Shown here: positions 11,544-23,781 of the stretch, in pieces
Numbering within the stretch: the stretch's first letter is position 1
Layout: the number at the start of each line of letters is the position of its first letter
Source of the DNA: Flaccisagitta enflata
Taxonomy: Eukaryota
Reading direction: 5' to 3'
NCBI GenBank assembly: GCA_965153355.1
Contig: OZ231126.1
Location: 40,672,001-40,736,000, forward strand
DNA length: 64,000 nt
Program-made: the position numbers and the translations under genes
Notes under the pieces: generated by a model
Told to the model about the DNA's origin: nothing
What the model saw: the letters and a program-made list of their open reading frames with translations, nothing else
The model's database searches: none

Positions 11544-14500
11544 TTACATGAGTAATGAGAGGCAAATGAGCACACCTGCGGCGTTCACAGAATTTGTGAA
11601 ATCCGAGAGGGAAGGGCAGGATCGCGAAATCTGAGGACGCGGAGGCGTAGGCACAGGAGGAGTAGGCGCAGCAGACGTTGAAAGCGCAGAAAGCGTAGGG
11701 TTAGGCGTAGGCGCAGGAGGTGTAGAAGGCGCATTATGTGTCGGCTGCGGAGTAAGAGATTCTGGTGGCTGAGTTTCAGTCGGGGAAGCCGTAGATGGCG
11801 GTGAGGAAGCGCGCGATGAATTGCGTGATGAGTGTAAGCTTAACAGCAGATTTGCGCTTGAGACATCTTGATTCGACAGATGCAACCTCGCCGGCCCCGA
11901 CACCGCCTCATCCAGCGGGAGCGTAATTTGTAAGCCGTGATGATGTTCGGCGAAATGGGTTTGAAAAGCGGCGGCGTTGTCAAAATCGATCAGACATCTG
12001 TCACAACGGGCCTTTGACTGCCAATTTCCATTTTCGTCCAGTGCATTGGGGCCCATATTCGCCACGTCATGCGTAAGAGTCGCCACCTCTCTGTCATTGT
12101 CCTCGTCATTTGCTACGGTCGAGTTGTTTCCAGCGTAGCTACCACCGGAGGCACCCGCATCACCACCCGAATTTGACGCGGTAGAGGAGTCGTCGTCATT
12201 TCCTACGGGCGATGTGGTTGCAGCGTTGCTAGCACCCGAAGCACGAGGCGAAGTCGATGCGGTAGAGGAGTTTGGATCTATGTCGTCCGGGACTGATCTT
12301 AAAGAGTCATTGTCCTCGACGAAATTTTTGACGGGCGAGTTGTTTGCAGCGTTGGTACCACCGGCAGCATCGGAAGCGCCATCTGAATTTGATGCGGTAG
12401 AGATCTTTTGATCCATGGCAATGGGGACGTGGGTCCCGGCCAAAGTCGAAGTCGACGCGGTGGAGGTGTTTGGCTGAGTGACGCTCGTGACGTTGCCACC
12501 ACCCGTAGTTCCACCCGAAGTAGACGCAATAGCATCCGTCGTTGATAATGCTTGTCTCTGCACCGAGTCCACAATGAGGCGAGCTGTAGAACAGTGAGAA
12601 ACATTTATATAAGAAATAACGGGTACAATTTTGTTTTTGTTAAAAACCGAGTTTGTAAGAACACCAAGGCTTTGAATGGCCCAAAAATTATGAACATCTT
12701 AAGAACATACAAAGGCTTAAAATCTTTAACCAAATATGTGGGTAATGGTGATATTTAAAGAATCCTATGAAAACAGATGACTTGCATTATAATTTAGGTT
12801 AATATCACATATGTTGTACTAGCATTGATCTAATTTGCATATTGTCATTTTATGATGACTGGTCTTGTGTAACTTATTTGATTAGAACGACTATGAGTTT
12901 CTATTTACAATACAATGATAACTGCAACGTTTATATTGTGGAATAATAAACGTAAATCTTTGTTTCATGGAAAACTTCACAACATGCTCATGTATTTCAT
13001 CTAGCCAACGGTTGAAAACTGCATAGTGATGATTAAAGTAATGAAAAAAAGAATAAACTCTGGAATTGCTCGCTTTGAATCTTCGCAATTTCGACATATG
13101 TGCGGAGGTGGAAGCCGGTGTGGGCTTTATTTTTCCAGTTAAACAATGTATATCACTGGGAATTTGTGTGGCATTGGGAGGCGCCAATGAAACCGAGGAG
13201 TTGGACTATTCAATAAAAATAAATTTGTTTGGAGTTAATAATAGTAATTTAAAAGGTTACTTATACTGAATAAAGCATATAGAATAAAGAACGTGCTAAG
13301 AACGTTAAAAACTTCATTTGCTCTAAAAAATGATAACATAAAGCTTTAGAAAAAAAAAACATTGTTATAATACTCAAAAAATAAAGCGACATTTAACGCA
13401 TATGGTGTCGTTGGAATCTCCCCATCTGGATTGACAAACTAACCTAGGACTGCTTTCTGACGTTCATGAGGCGGCATGGATTTCACTGTGCCATCTTTTT
13501 CGTGATAGATGACGCTGGTTGAGGGCACACGCAACTCGCGTTGTTTTCGGGTGACGGACTCGGGGGTGTCATTCCGATTGTCGGACAGGCCGTAGAGAAC
13601 GTTGTTTGTCACGAGAAACGCGTCGAAATCCTCAAGCCACAATTTCTGTAAAAGGCAAAGGGCAAATACAAACACATTAAAGAAAAAAGATACTTTAGAT
13701 GTTTGTGTTTGTAAAAAGAATCCCTTTAACTAAACCCGGGCTAACAGAGAAAGACAAATACACTTTCAGTTTCTAAATGACCTAGTTCATAAGAACATCG
13801 TGGCAAATAGAGAGCCAAACTGACAAACAGGCAGACAGAGACACAGACACAGACAAACACCGAAACGGAGAAACGGGTCAAACACGGTCACGTACACCCT
13901 CATTTACATATACTTGCGCGAATCAAAACAAGGATTTACGTGGACCCACCTGACAACTTGCGATATAGCGACCAATTATCCGCGCCGGTCTCCCATCAGG
14001 AAACATCACGAACAAGGTCGGTTCATTATGGGGGAGGTATCCAGCCGCCCACATTAAAAGGTGGCCGTTAAACATGAAGTGATTTTGAACGCTGGGATCA
14101 GGTACCGGAAAAGTGGCAAGGTCTGTGGGAAAAAGAGAAATAAAACATGTAAAATAAGTTTTATTTTACTAGTAGCTATATTTCTTGAATCGATTGTAAA
14201 CTTGATTGTTCCCCAATTAGGGAGAACATGTCTTTCAACATGTCTTCCTAGGAACAACCTTAAAATAGAACATGTTTTCTTCCGGCATAGGTCACTTCCA
14301 AGCTTCAAAATATAGGAATTAACGAATGACGACTTAAAAGTATTTTCTTCGTCATTCTTAACTACTATTCAGCGGAAAATGGTTTAACAATTACAACAAA
14401 CTAATAGTTTTTCCTATGATTCCATTTTCTCCCGTTCACAATCAATTAAAAAAAAAAATCATATTGACTCATGGACAAAGGGCTTTGATTAGTCACCGCA

Positions 14501-14890
14501 ACATTTTCCTTTGATTTACACTGCGATATGCAAATACTTTTACTACGTTTTTAAAACGGTATAAGTAATTGCCTTGACCTTTACAAACGGGTTGAACTCT
14601 TGAAAAGGCACTTTTTATTGCTAAGAAGAAACAGAAACCGGTTTAATTAGACCAAATTATATTAGCTAAAGTTTAAAAAGTGTTACACATCGAATTATGC
14701 ATCGTTAATAAACAAAGTTTCGAGTAATATGGATGGCCAACTGTTATCTTATGATGTCCGTTTGCCGATTACATCTCGATTACATCATCCCAAAAGCTAT
14801 TGAGTGGCTTCAAGGCCAAAAATGAGTTCTAATATAAGACGAAGTATAAGCCTTGTAGCACTCACCGCAATCTTTGTCAAATGGCTCCAT
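11544..14890 (-). CDS. Island gene 1: ~479-aa uncharacterised protein with a single C2H2 zinc finger and S/T/A/N- and P-rich regions (4 coding exons)
   Basis: ATG in ACCATGG context at 14890. Exons 14890-14866, 14122-13950, 13645-13444 and 12583-11544 have GT/AG boundaries and compatible phases (1440 nt). Reads MEPFDKDCDLATFPVPDPSVQNHFMFNGHLLMWAAGYLP...IASCQKLWLEDFDAF...QKAVLARLIVDSVQRQ...; contains CDRC-x12-HFAEH; AATAAA overlaps the stop. Confidence 0.7.
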
Positions 14891-15236
14891 GGTTTGGTAG
14901 ACGACAGCTTTGTGACGGCTACGTGAATCTTTCCCGACGGCTTCCCGACGGCTTCGCGTTGAGAAGATTTGTTGCGGCTTCGCTACTTTTTGCTTTATGG
15001 GAACAGCGCAGTTTTTAAGAAGCGACGTAAACTCTTTCGTAATCTGTCGATAAAAAAGAGGTTATTAAATTTGGGCAGCGTTTTCCCCGGGCGCGTATTA
15101 AAAAAAAAAGCGTATCCAATTTTTTTTTTTTTGTACGTCGATGTTCAGGCTCCTCCTGATCCTCTTCCTCATCCTCTTCCTCTTCCTCCTCCTCTTCCTC
15201 TTCCTCTTTTTTTTTTCCTTTTTCTGAATCTGCGAG

Positions 15237-15273
15237 CGCGACTGAGGGTAAAGTAACAAAAGAGCAATATAAT
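15237..15273 (-). promoter_or_regulatory. Candidate initiator of island gene 1 (CCCTCAGTCGCG, weak TATA-like element upstream)
   Basis: Same 12-mer as at 10843-10854; TTATATT about 29 nt upstream; could alternatively be a splice acceptor. Confidence 0.4.
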
Positions 15274-15416
15274 GTTTCACCCACGGAGGGCGTCTTTCCT
15301 TGATTGCAGCGAAGCGAGAAACAAAAGAACAAATTCGGACTCTATTTCTGCGCAAAATACAATTTTTGAACAAGCTTGAAACTTTAAGAAAATCTCGGTT
15401 TTTTTTCGTTTCGCGT

Positions 15417-15710
15417 GAAAAAGTTAGAGTCCCCTGAATACAAAAATTATATTGTTCATGGACTCTAATTTTTTTTTTTTCGTGGTCTGGAAAATTTTAG
15501 AGTCTGTAATTACAATAATTGTACTGTTCCTGGACTTTAACTTTCTTTTTCGAGGGCCGAAAAATTTTAGAGTCTCGTCAATACAATTATTAAACCGTTT
15601 TTTGACTCTAATTTTTTTTCGCGATGGCCGAAAAAGTTTAGAGTCTGTTAAATACAATAATTATACTGTCCATGGACTCGAAAATTGCCTTTTTTTGGCA
15701 GAGTCCAAAT
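15417..15710. repeat. Array of four ~71-bp palindromic units
   Basis: TTAGAGTC at 15424, 15497, 15567 and 15638, each paired with a GACTCTAA-like arm after a 28-29-bp spacer. Confidence 0.85.
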
Positions 15711-16368
15711 TTTTTAATAATTGTATTTTTGTTTCAATAATTGTACAGCAAAGAGACGGCCATCTTCCCGATACATTTTTTGTTTTTTTGCATTTTTTCG
15801 GGGGAATCAGTACAATTTTTGTTTTTGCTATCCAATTTTTGTTTTTGCTGTACAATTCGTTGTATTTGCTGTACAATTCGTTGTATTGCTGAAATACAAT
15901 AACGTCCGTTGCTATACAATAACGACGATATTTATTTATTGTATATCGTCCTTTTTTTTATGAGTGTAATTATGTTGGATACAAGAAAAGAAGTTTAGGA
16001 AATGAAATTAAAGTAACAAAAATTAATCCTCCAGTTTTAGCCTGGTTTGCTCCGAAGGTACTGTAGACTACTACAGAGTGGTATTAAAGAAAAAAAAAGG
16101 AAAATAATGATTTAGTCTTAAACATTATTAGAAAAAAAACGATGGCCGTCTAGAATCTGAAAGATATGACCCTGCAGTCCCAACTTTGTTAGGTATCAAG
16201 TTGAGCTTTAAAGCGCAAAGATTCTTGAGTACACATGGGTGAATTACTTTGTCCATGCAGATCAAGGCGTTAGGCCAAATTCTTAGCCTAAGCTTTAAAA
16301 GGTGTATAAATCAAAAAGGTATCACCTTGCGCTACACGGGACATCGGCACTTGGGAACTGCTGCTTAT

Positions 16369-16459
<91 letters not shown>

Positions 16460-16807
16460 CAGGCAGAAGAACAGAGACAGAGGGACAGAGACTCAATGTT
16501 GATAGGCAAAGTTGCCCCGTGAAAGGAAGAGTCTCTTGGTGAACATGATAGATGCCTATCTTCCCGTTATATCACTATTTTGAAGCAAATATATGGTGTA
16601 CTTTGGGAAAACTGAGGGAAAGGAATAAAATGAAAGCCAGGCAAAGCGGAGGAGAGAGAGAACAAGGCCGGATGCATGGCTACCCCAGTCGTTTGCGAGT
16701 GGACAGGGGCCGCATTTGAGTGATTGGGTAGTGAGGCCAAACACCGCAAAAAGAGAAGAAAGTAAAATAACTGTCGCAAAAGGGTTGGGTGCCCATGCCC
16801 TGCCTAT

Positions 16808-17157
16808 TACGCCGATTGCATCCCGGGACTTAGCTGAATCGCTCTTATGCGCCCCTTCATAATATGACACTCACAATTTTATTTTAAATGAGCCAATGCA
16901 CAGCTTTCTAGCTTGATGGGAACCTTTTTTAGGGCCCGTTTAAAGTTTACATTGAAATCAATAGGAAAAAAATCCCCTTAAGAATCCCCTTAAAAAAAAT
17001 CCTTTTATTTTCTTTGTTAATTTCAAATAGAGCGTAAAAAAGATTCCCATCAAGGTAGAAAGCTGCGCATTGGCTTATTTGAAATAAAATCGTGTGTCAC
17101 ATCATGAAGGGGGCGCACAGGAGCGATTCAGCAAAGTCCCGGGATACAATCGGCGTA
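16808..17157. mobile_element. Foldback MITE with 8-bp TSD (hAT-like)
   Basis: TACGCCGATTGCATCCCGGGACTT ... AAGTCCCGGGATACAATCGGCGTA long inverted arms; flanks CTGCCTAT / CTGCCTAG. Confidence 0.85.
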
Positions 17158-17202
17158 CTGCCTAGTGCCTAAGTAGGTTGTGGTTAGAATTGGGGTGGGG
17201 GG

Positions 17203-17570
17203 AGCAGGGCAACGGCCCCAAAAGGGTCAATGACCTATGATTTCATATATATGGTGGATTTTTTCCTCCTCCTTCCTCTCCTCCATCCCCCTCCCCTCAA
17301 GGCGCGAATCCCAGCCTCGAGGCCCAAATCCCAGCCTTGAGGCCCAAATCCCAGTCCTGAGGACCAAATCCCAGTCTTAGGGATTCAAGTTTGGGATTTG
17401 GGCCTCAAGGCTGGGATTTGGGCCTCAAGGCTGGGATTTTGGCCTCAAGGCTGGGATTTGGGCCTTGAGGCCAGAATATGAGTCAGAGGGGTGGGGATGT
17501 AGAAGGAGGAGGAGGAAAAAATCCCCTTCGTGTGAAAGTTATCGAACCCTTCAGGGGCGCTGCCCAAAAA
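17203..17570 (-). mobile_element. HINE family B2 copy
   Basis: GGGCAACGGCCCC ... GGGGCGCTGCCCAAAAA ends; 20-bp units present first in one orientation, then in the other. Confidence 0.65.
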
Positions 17571-17645
17571 GTATTTTGTTACAGACCGACCGACCAACCA
17601 ACCGAGTAATGGACGGACGGACAAAGCGGGGAGTAGAATTGCGTA

Positions 17646-17808
<163 letters not shown>

Positions 17809-17927
17809 TCACTCACTCACTCACTCACTCACTCACTCACTCACTCACTCACGCACACACACACACACACACACATGCACAGACGCGCACACAAATACAC
17901 AGAAGCTACTTCTTTAATATCATAATA

Positions 17928-18103
17928 CAGTTAAAACCCGCTCTAACGGATTTCAGGGGATTAACAAATTTTATCTGTTATAGGTGGAATTCTGTTATAG
18001 CCAACATAAGAAATAAAGGAAACTGATTGTGGGGACCATGAATTAGTATCTGTTATAGGCGGAATTCCGTTAAAAGCGGTTCCGTTGAAGCGAGGTTCAA
18101 CTG
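17928..18103. mobile_element. pogo/Tigger-like MITE
   Basis: TA|CAGTTAAAACCCGCTCTAACGGA ... TCCGTTGAAGCGAGGTTCAACTG|TA. Confidence 0.85.
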
Positions 18104-18289
18104 TATCATTTTAGACCTTTAGAAGAACCGGACGAATGAGCCAACATAGTAAAGTGTAATAGTGAAAAAAAAATCTCAACCCTTAACAAGCTTAGCACCA
18201 GCGCAGACCAGACAGGAAAGACACTAATTCATTCATGAATGAAAGTCGCAAAAATTGATAACCACCGAACGAAAGTCTCTTGAACTTTT

Positions 18290-18900
18290 TTCATAACCCC
18301 ACTTAGTTTTATTGCAAATTAATTGTGGCCGAGAAATTTTACGATCAGAAAATGCAAACTGTCAAAAATATAGCCTTGATAAGTAAGCGCCAAGGGTCGG
18401 GTGCAGTCGATACAATCAATTGCAAGAAGCTGGCCATGACTCATGGCCAGCTTCTTGCAACTGATTATGTCACGGTGCAAACGAGTACACAATTTAACAC
18501 GTCAAAACAATTTTCATGAGATTGTCTTTTTTGCCGATTCTTTGATTTTTAATCAAGATAATGACTTTTTCCGTGATACAAATTAACTTTTTGCATAACA
18601 AGATAGATTTTAGTATGATATCATATCGTATCATTGATATGCGTATGAGAAGTTAAAATAAAGGGTGCAAAATGCATGGATTTACATAAAGAATCTGATT
18701 TTGTGCAGTGAACATGTCTCGCGTAAAATTCTAAGACTGTCTCTGAACGTAAAAATTGGCATTTTGAAAAACATGGTGTCAGTGTTAATTTTTTAAAGAA
18801 AGGGCCATGTTCTTAGAAATGCAAATTTATATGTTCAGAGAGATTCTTAGAATTTTACGTGATAACATGTAAAACTTTTCGTGCACTTATTTTCAAAGAA
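18290..18900. mobile_element. Unclassified interspersed repeat (inverted copy at about 50190-51370)
   Basis: TATGTCACGGTGCAAACGAGTACACAATTT, CATTTTGAAAAACATGG and GGCCATGTTCTTA match the reverse complement at 50.2-51.3 kb. Confidence 0.7.
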
Positions 18901-19747
18901 ATCTGTTTTTCCACTGAGTATTCCATGGCTTTATCGACTAATTCTAAGGAGTATGCGAAATGCATAGAACTTTGGTTTTGTCTATATTTTTGCTGCATAG
19001 CAGCACATTACATAACATAACAGAATGATTTGTCGAATTTGATGGTCCTCTAGACCACGACTTATACTCATGGCCCATGAGTATTTAAAGAAAACGTCTA
19101 ACTGATTGAAGGGTGGACGGATTAACCAAAGGACAAGGTGACGGGCTGACAAAGCAAAGGAAAATGGATTAAAATGTTTGGCGATTACATTTAGTTTTTA
19201 CCCTCTATGGTTTCTTCACAATTACAACCTTGATTTTGGTTACACTGTTGCTAATCATTCAGCCTTCACCAATTTTGGTTTTTTTTTCTGTTAGATGTCA
19301 GAGGCACACTGTTTAATGCAACTGAGGGAATTCAGTAACATAAAAGAACAGTGTTTTCCTTGGATTAAAATGTCCTGCGGTTGCGTTTAGTTTCCACCAC
19401 CTTACGGTATGGTTTCTTCACGATTACAATGACTTTGTCAATGTTGATTTTGGTTACATAGTTGTTAATCATTCACCAATTTTAGTAAGCATATTTGTTT
19501 TGTTTTTTCTGTTTTGTGGAGACTTGTGGCACGTTTTTTTTTAATCTTTTACAAACTGACTGAAATTCCGTTGTCAATGAATTCACACACGCTAAGTTCA
19601 ATGCATCGGAGAACGGGTATTAACGTATTAAATGAGATTAAAGCATTTGATGTATTTAACGTATTTGATGAGATTATTTCATGTATTTGATGTATATAAC
19701 GTATTTGATGAGATTATGACAAACACTTGCAATCTAATAACCTTATA

Positions 19748-20800
19748 CTACGCGAACAAAAAAAATAAGCACTTTTAAATGGCTCATTTAGCCATACAAA
19801 TTCAGAGAAACTAATAAAAATCTTAGACTATTTTAAAGCCCTTTGAAAGTACTTTCATTTGGCGCCAATCTGGTACAGTGGGAACCCGATTTAACGACCT
19901 TGAAGGGACCAGGAATTTTTGGTCGTTAAATCCGAATATTGTTAAATCGAATTTCTAATTTTCTCTCATTGATCTAAACTGCTTCATAAGCAATAAAGGC
20001 TAGCATCAGTGTCTAATTGATTATCATAGTCACAGACAAACAAAAACAGACAGATAAATTTAGCCTTGTAACAACTCACAGTGTCATGTAAAAGATAACT
20101 ATATAAGATTCAGGATAAAAAATATTTCCAAAAAAAGCTGATTTTGATTTAAATTTTTGACTGATGATATTTCATTTTTGGTGTTCATGATTTTTTTATT
20201 CTTAAGCTGCTATATTGTTCATTTTTTTTGTTTAAAGTCTTAATTTATGTTAATATATTTTTCTTCAATTCTTTGATATATTGAAGCTTCAATTGAAGCT
20301 TCAATTCAAAGTAAAAAAGAATCACATGATGAAATTGAAATGTCAATGTCACTAAATCAGGAAAAAATTTTTCAAGGGACCTGAAAATAGCGACTTTAAA
20401 TCAAGTTTGGCTGTTATATCAGGTGTCGTTAAATCAGGTAAAATTAACATTACAAAAGCCTGCAAAAATTTGGGGCCAAAGAAACTTGGATGTTAAATCC
20501 GAAATGTCGTTAAATCAGGTGACGAAAAGGCGGTAGTCCACTGTATTTCTATCTTTTTTTGTTTAGAAATGGCATAAGTTTGAGTAAAAATGTTGTAAAA
20601 TGTGCATTTTAGCAAAATAGTGCTTCTCTTTGCCGAGCTCTAGCTCCTAAACCGTTTGAGATACAGACCTGGAATTGGTCTAGAATGAAAGATTTTTTGA
20701 AAATCTTTAATAATAATTTCACTGAAAATAGTTAGAATTATTTTTTTGATCTGTTTCATTCATAAATAAAGGGGTGCGTATTCTTTTTTGATTCGCGTGG
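19748..20800. mobile_element. Tc1-like MITE (outer element)
   Basis: TA|CTACGCGAACAAAAAAAATAAGCAC ... GTGCGTATTCTTTTTTGATTCGCGTGG|TA. Confidence 0.75.
19876..20543. mobile_element. pogo/Tigger-like MITE nested in the previous element
   Basis: TA|CAGTGGGAACCCGATTTAACGAC ... GTCGTTAAATC repeats ... GTCCACTG|TA. Confidence 0.85.
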
Positions 20801-21454
20801 TAGATAGCGTCTTCATCGATTTATCTTTTTAAAGCCGTGTCTGCGATCGAGTTTATACGTTGGTCGGTCATTCAGATGTTTTGCCACACTAGTATTCGCC
20901 TTTACCAGCTTTATCAACCGTATGGCCCTTGCCCAACCAAAATTTTACCCCACAACCGACAGTATTAAAACATTTGCTTACTCATCCAGTTTTTCCAACC
21001 GAATTGTCGCCACGTCTGTTGGCGCATTCGTCCGCTGCCCGCTGGTCAGTCCGACACCTCGTTTGTCTGTCCATCAGTAACAATTTCCTTTTACGGCGTG
21101 TATGGGCGGTTTATATGTAATTGCTCATGTGCTTTATAAACCTATTTCATCGCTGCGCTTATCGACCGCAGGCGACTCGGGTAGCTGCGTATCCGGCCTT
21201 GTTCAAATTTTCATGGCTTTTAGCATTATTGCCCAGACTACAAGTGACCATTTCCTATGCCCCCCGCAAGCGATTACAGCCCCCAGACATTTGGCCTTGT
21301 TTTCATGCGATCCTTTTCTTTTAGTTTCATACCTTTTTTCCGAGTGACACAAATATTGGTGGCGCTCTCGTTATTTCAGCATTTAAGAATTCAGAAAATT
21401 TCTTTGTTTTTAAAAACGGGATTACGTCAAAAAAGAAAGAAAGAAAAAACAACA

Positions 21455-22208
21455 AATACCAATAATGACGACTGTCGCCGTGAGGAAAAAAGTCGCAACC
21501 ATTGGTCACTTTTCACCAAGCTTGTTATTAGTCACTGCAAATCAAATCAAGAGCAAGTGGATACATTGATTGCATTGAAAATCAGAGAAAAATAGGACTG
21601 AGCTAAATGAGGTAGATGAGCTAAAATGCTCAAAATCACTCAACCAGACAACCAGCTATCTTCATTTGCATGCTCACATCAAAATGTTTTTTTATTTATC
21701 CCATTAAAAATCAGAAAAATATTCAGCTAAATGAGCTAAGTGAGCTAGAATACTTAAAAACACCCTCAGAGATGAGCAGCTATGCTCACTAACATGCTTT
21801 TTTGTATCTGCTTGCTTAACCATGAATCAAAATATTCATTCATGAAGCTTTGTCTGTCCATCCGTCCGTCCGTCTGTTGGTCCATTGGTCCGTCCGTGAT
21901 GATCACGTTGGAAAATGTGAAAACGCGCATTTCCGTCCCTGCCCACCTGTCCGCAACTGGTATTGGCTGTGTATCTGGCCTTGTTTATAAATAGATCTTT
22001 ATAAAATCATAGCGCAAAAAATAATTGTTGTAGAGCATTCTGCTTGGCGCCAAATGAAAAAGAATTATCAAATTCATTTACTCTATCAATTTTATCAGAG
22101 GCCTCATTCGGTTGATCAAGTTTTTTAACTTCCTAATAAGAAAATGAAAACCATGTTTCTCTCGAATTTGTCAAAAAGTCGAAGACTAACTTCGACTTTT
22201 TTCCCGAC
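21455..22208 (-). mobile_element. HINE family C copy containing a family A fragment (about 21846-21985)
   Basis: Reverse complement of 31716-32487; AAAAAGTCGAAG-ACTAA-CTTCGACTTTTT hairpin at one end. Confidence 0.75.
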
Positions 22209-22371
22209 AAATAAAATACAACACAAATAAGACAAAATAGAAAGAAAGAAAAAAAAAAACAAATACGATTAAAAACAAAACAAAAAAGACAGAATATTTC
22301 AAACCGTCGTCGTCGTCGTCGTCAATGATCGTTATCGTCATCACCATTACCATGGAAGGAAAACTAAGGAG

Positions 22372-23701
22372 TAGGGTGGCTTAAAGTGGTGTCATTTTCA
22401 AAAATCATGACGCCCGCGGAGGAAATAATACTATCTCCATCATAGATGAGAACTACCAAATTTGGTGGTGATTGGATAAACTTTGCTCATACCCGCCACC
22501 CCCCCCCCTAAAATTGAAAGATGGTGGTGTTTCCAACAATCCCTATTTTAAAGAGTTGCTTAAAAAGCTCATATCTCCCAAACGAATTGAGCTACTGACC
22601 TCAACTTGGGCTCATTTTGAAGAGCAGACAAAGCTTTTTAAAATGAGCCTAAGTTGAAGTCTCTAGCTCAATTCAATAAGGAGGGACAGTCTTCCAAAGT
22701 TCCAAAGTTCCAAAGTTCCAAAGTTTAGCGCCCCCCCCTCCAAAAAGCGCCCTCCACCTCTTCTTTTCTTAGTGTCACACTTTTCAGAAGAGATTTAGAC
22801 AGAAATACTTGGTAAAATGATGAAATAATACTTCACAATGAGTCATTCTCAAACACTTTCAAAAAGATATATGCAATGAATATTTCCATTTTGAGTCAAA
22901 TTAAGCGTTTTGATAGCCTTTTATATTAAAGATAGACTATATGACAGTTCATTTACAACATAAAGGGGGCGCTAATTGGAGGATTAATAAGCAAAGTCAT
23001 ATTTCAATTTCAAAAGCGCCTGGGGCGCTTTTTAGAAAAAATATGGTATATCTTCTAAACGAAATGAGCTACTGACCTCAACTTGGGCTCGTTTTAAAGA
23101 ATAGACCGAGTTCTTCAAAAAGGGCCCAAATCGAATTCTGTAACTCAATTTGTTTAGGAGCAGCAGTCTTCCAAAGTTGATAATATATATTAAAAACAAG
23201 TGATGCAAGGTTGGCAAGGGCAACCAACCTACAGAGTCACTCAATCCCCACCCTTCTTCCCCCTCCCACACACTTGAAGCCACCCACACACATGATAGCA
23301 TATAAAGCATCATAATTGCGTTTTTTGCCTTTTTAACTCGAGCATGATAGATTAACAAAGCCTCTCATAGAGTTGCGTGCCTGCAATAACAATAACAGAA
23401 ACCCTTGTGAGCTTGTATCTGCTACACAAATCGATCTATAGACTCTAAATTGGTCGAATTTACCCATTTTCTGTAGCTTGTCCGGGTACCAAGGCCGGTC
23501 ACATGGCACCCCAGTTGTGGGCAGTTTTGCAGTGGCAGTAAGTCAAAAACCGCTTGCAATTCAACAATATGATGGCTGTCACACCAACCAGCCTACTGAA
23601 CGACTCAGTAATGTTTCTTTCTTTGTTAACTAAAAGCAATTTTTTCTCAGTGCAAATTGGGCACTTGTTGCTAAAAAGTCCTATATTTGCTACGTCTCTA
23701 T

Positions 23702-23781
<80 letters not shown>

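Noticed and set aside
15417-15710. CRISPR-like repeat/spacer appearance
   Set aside because: Spacers are homologous to each other, the context is eukaryotic and no cas genes are present.
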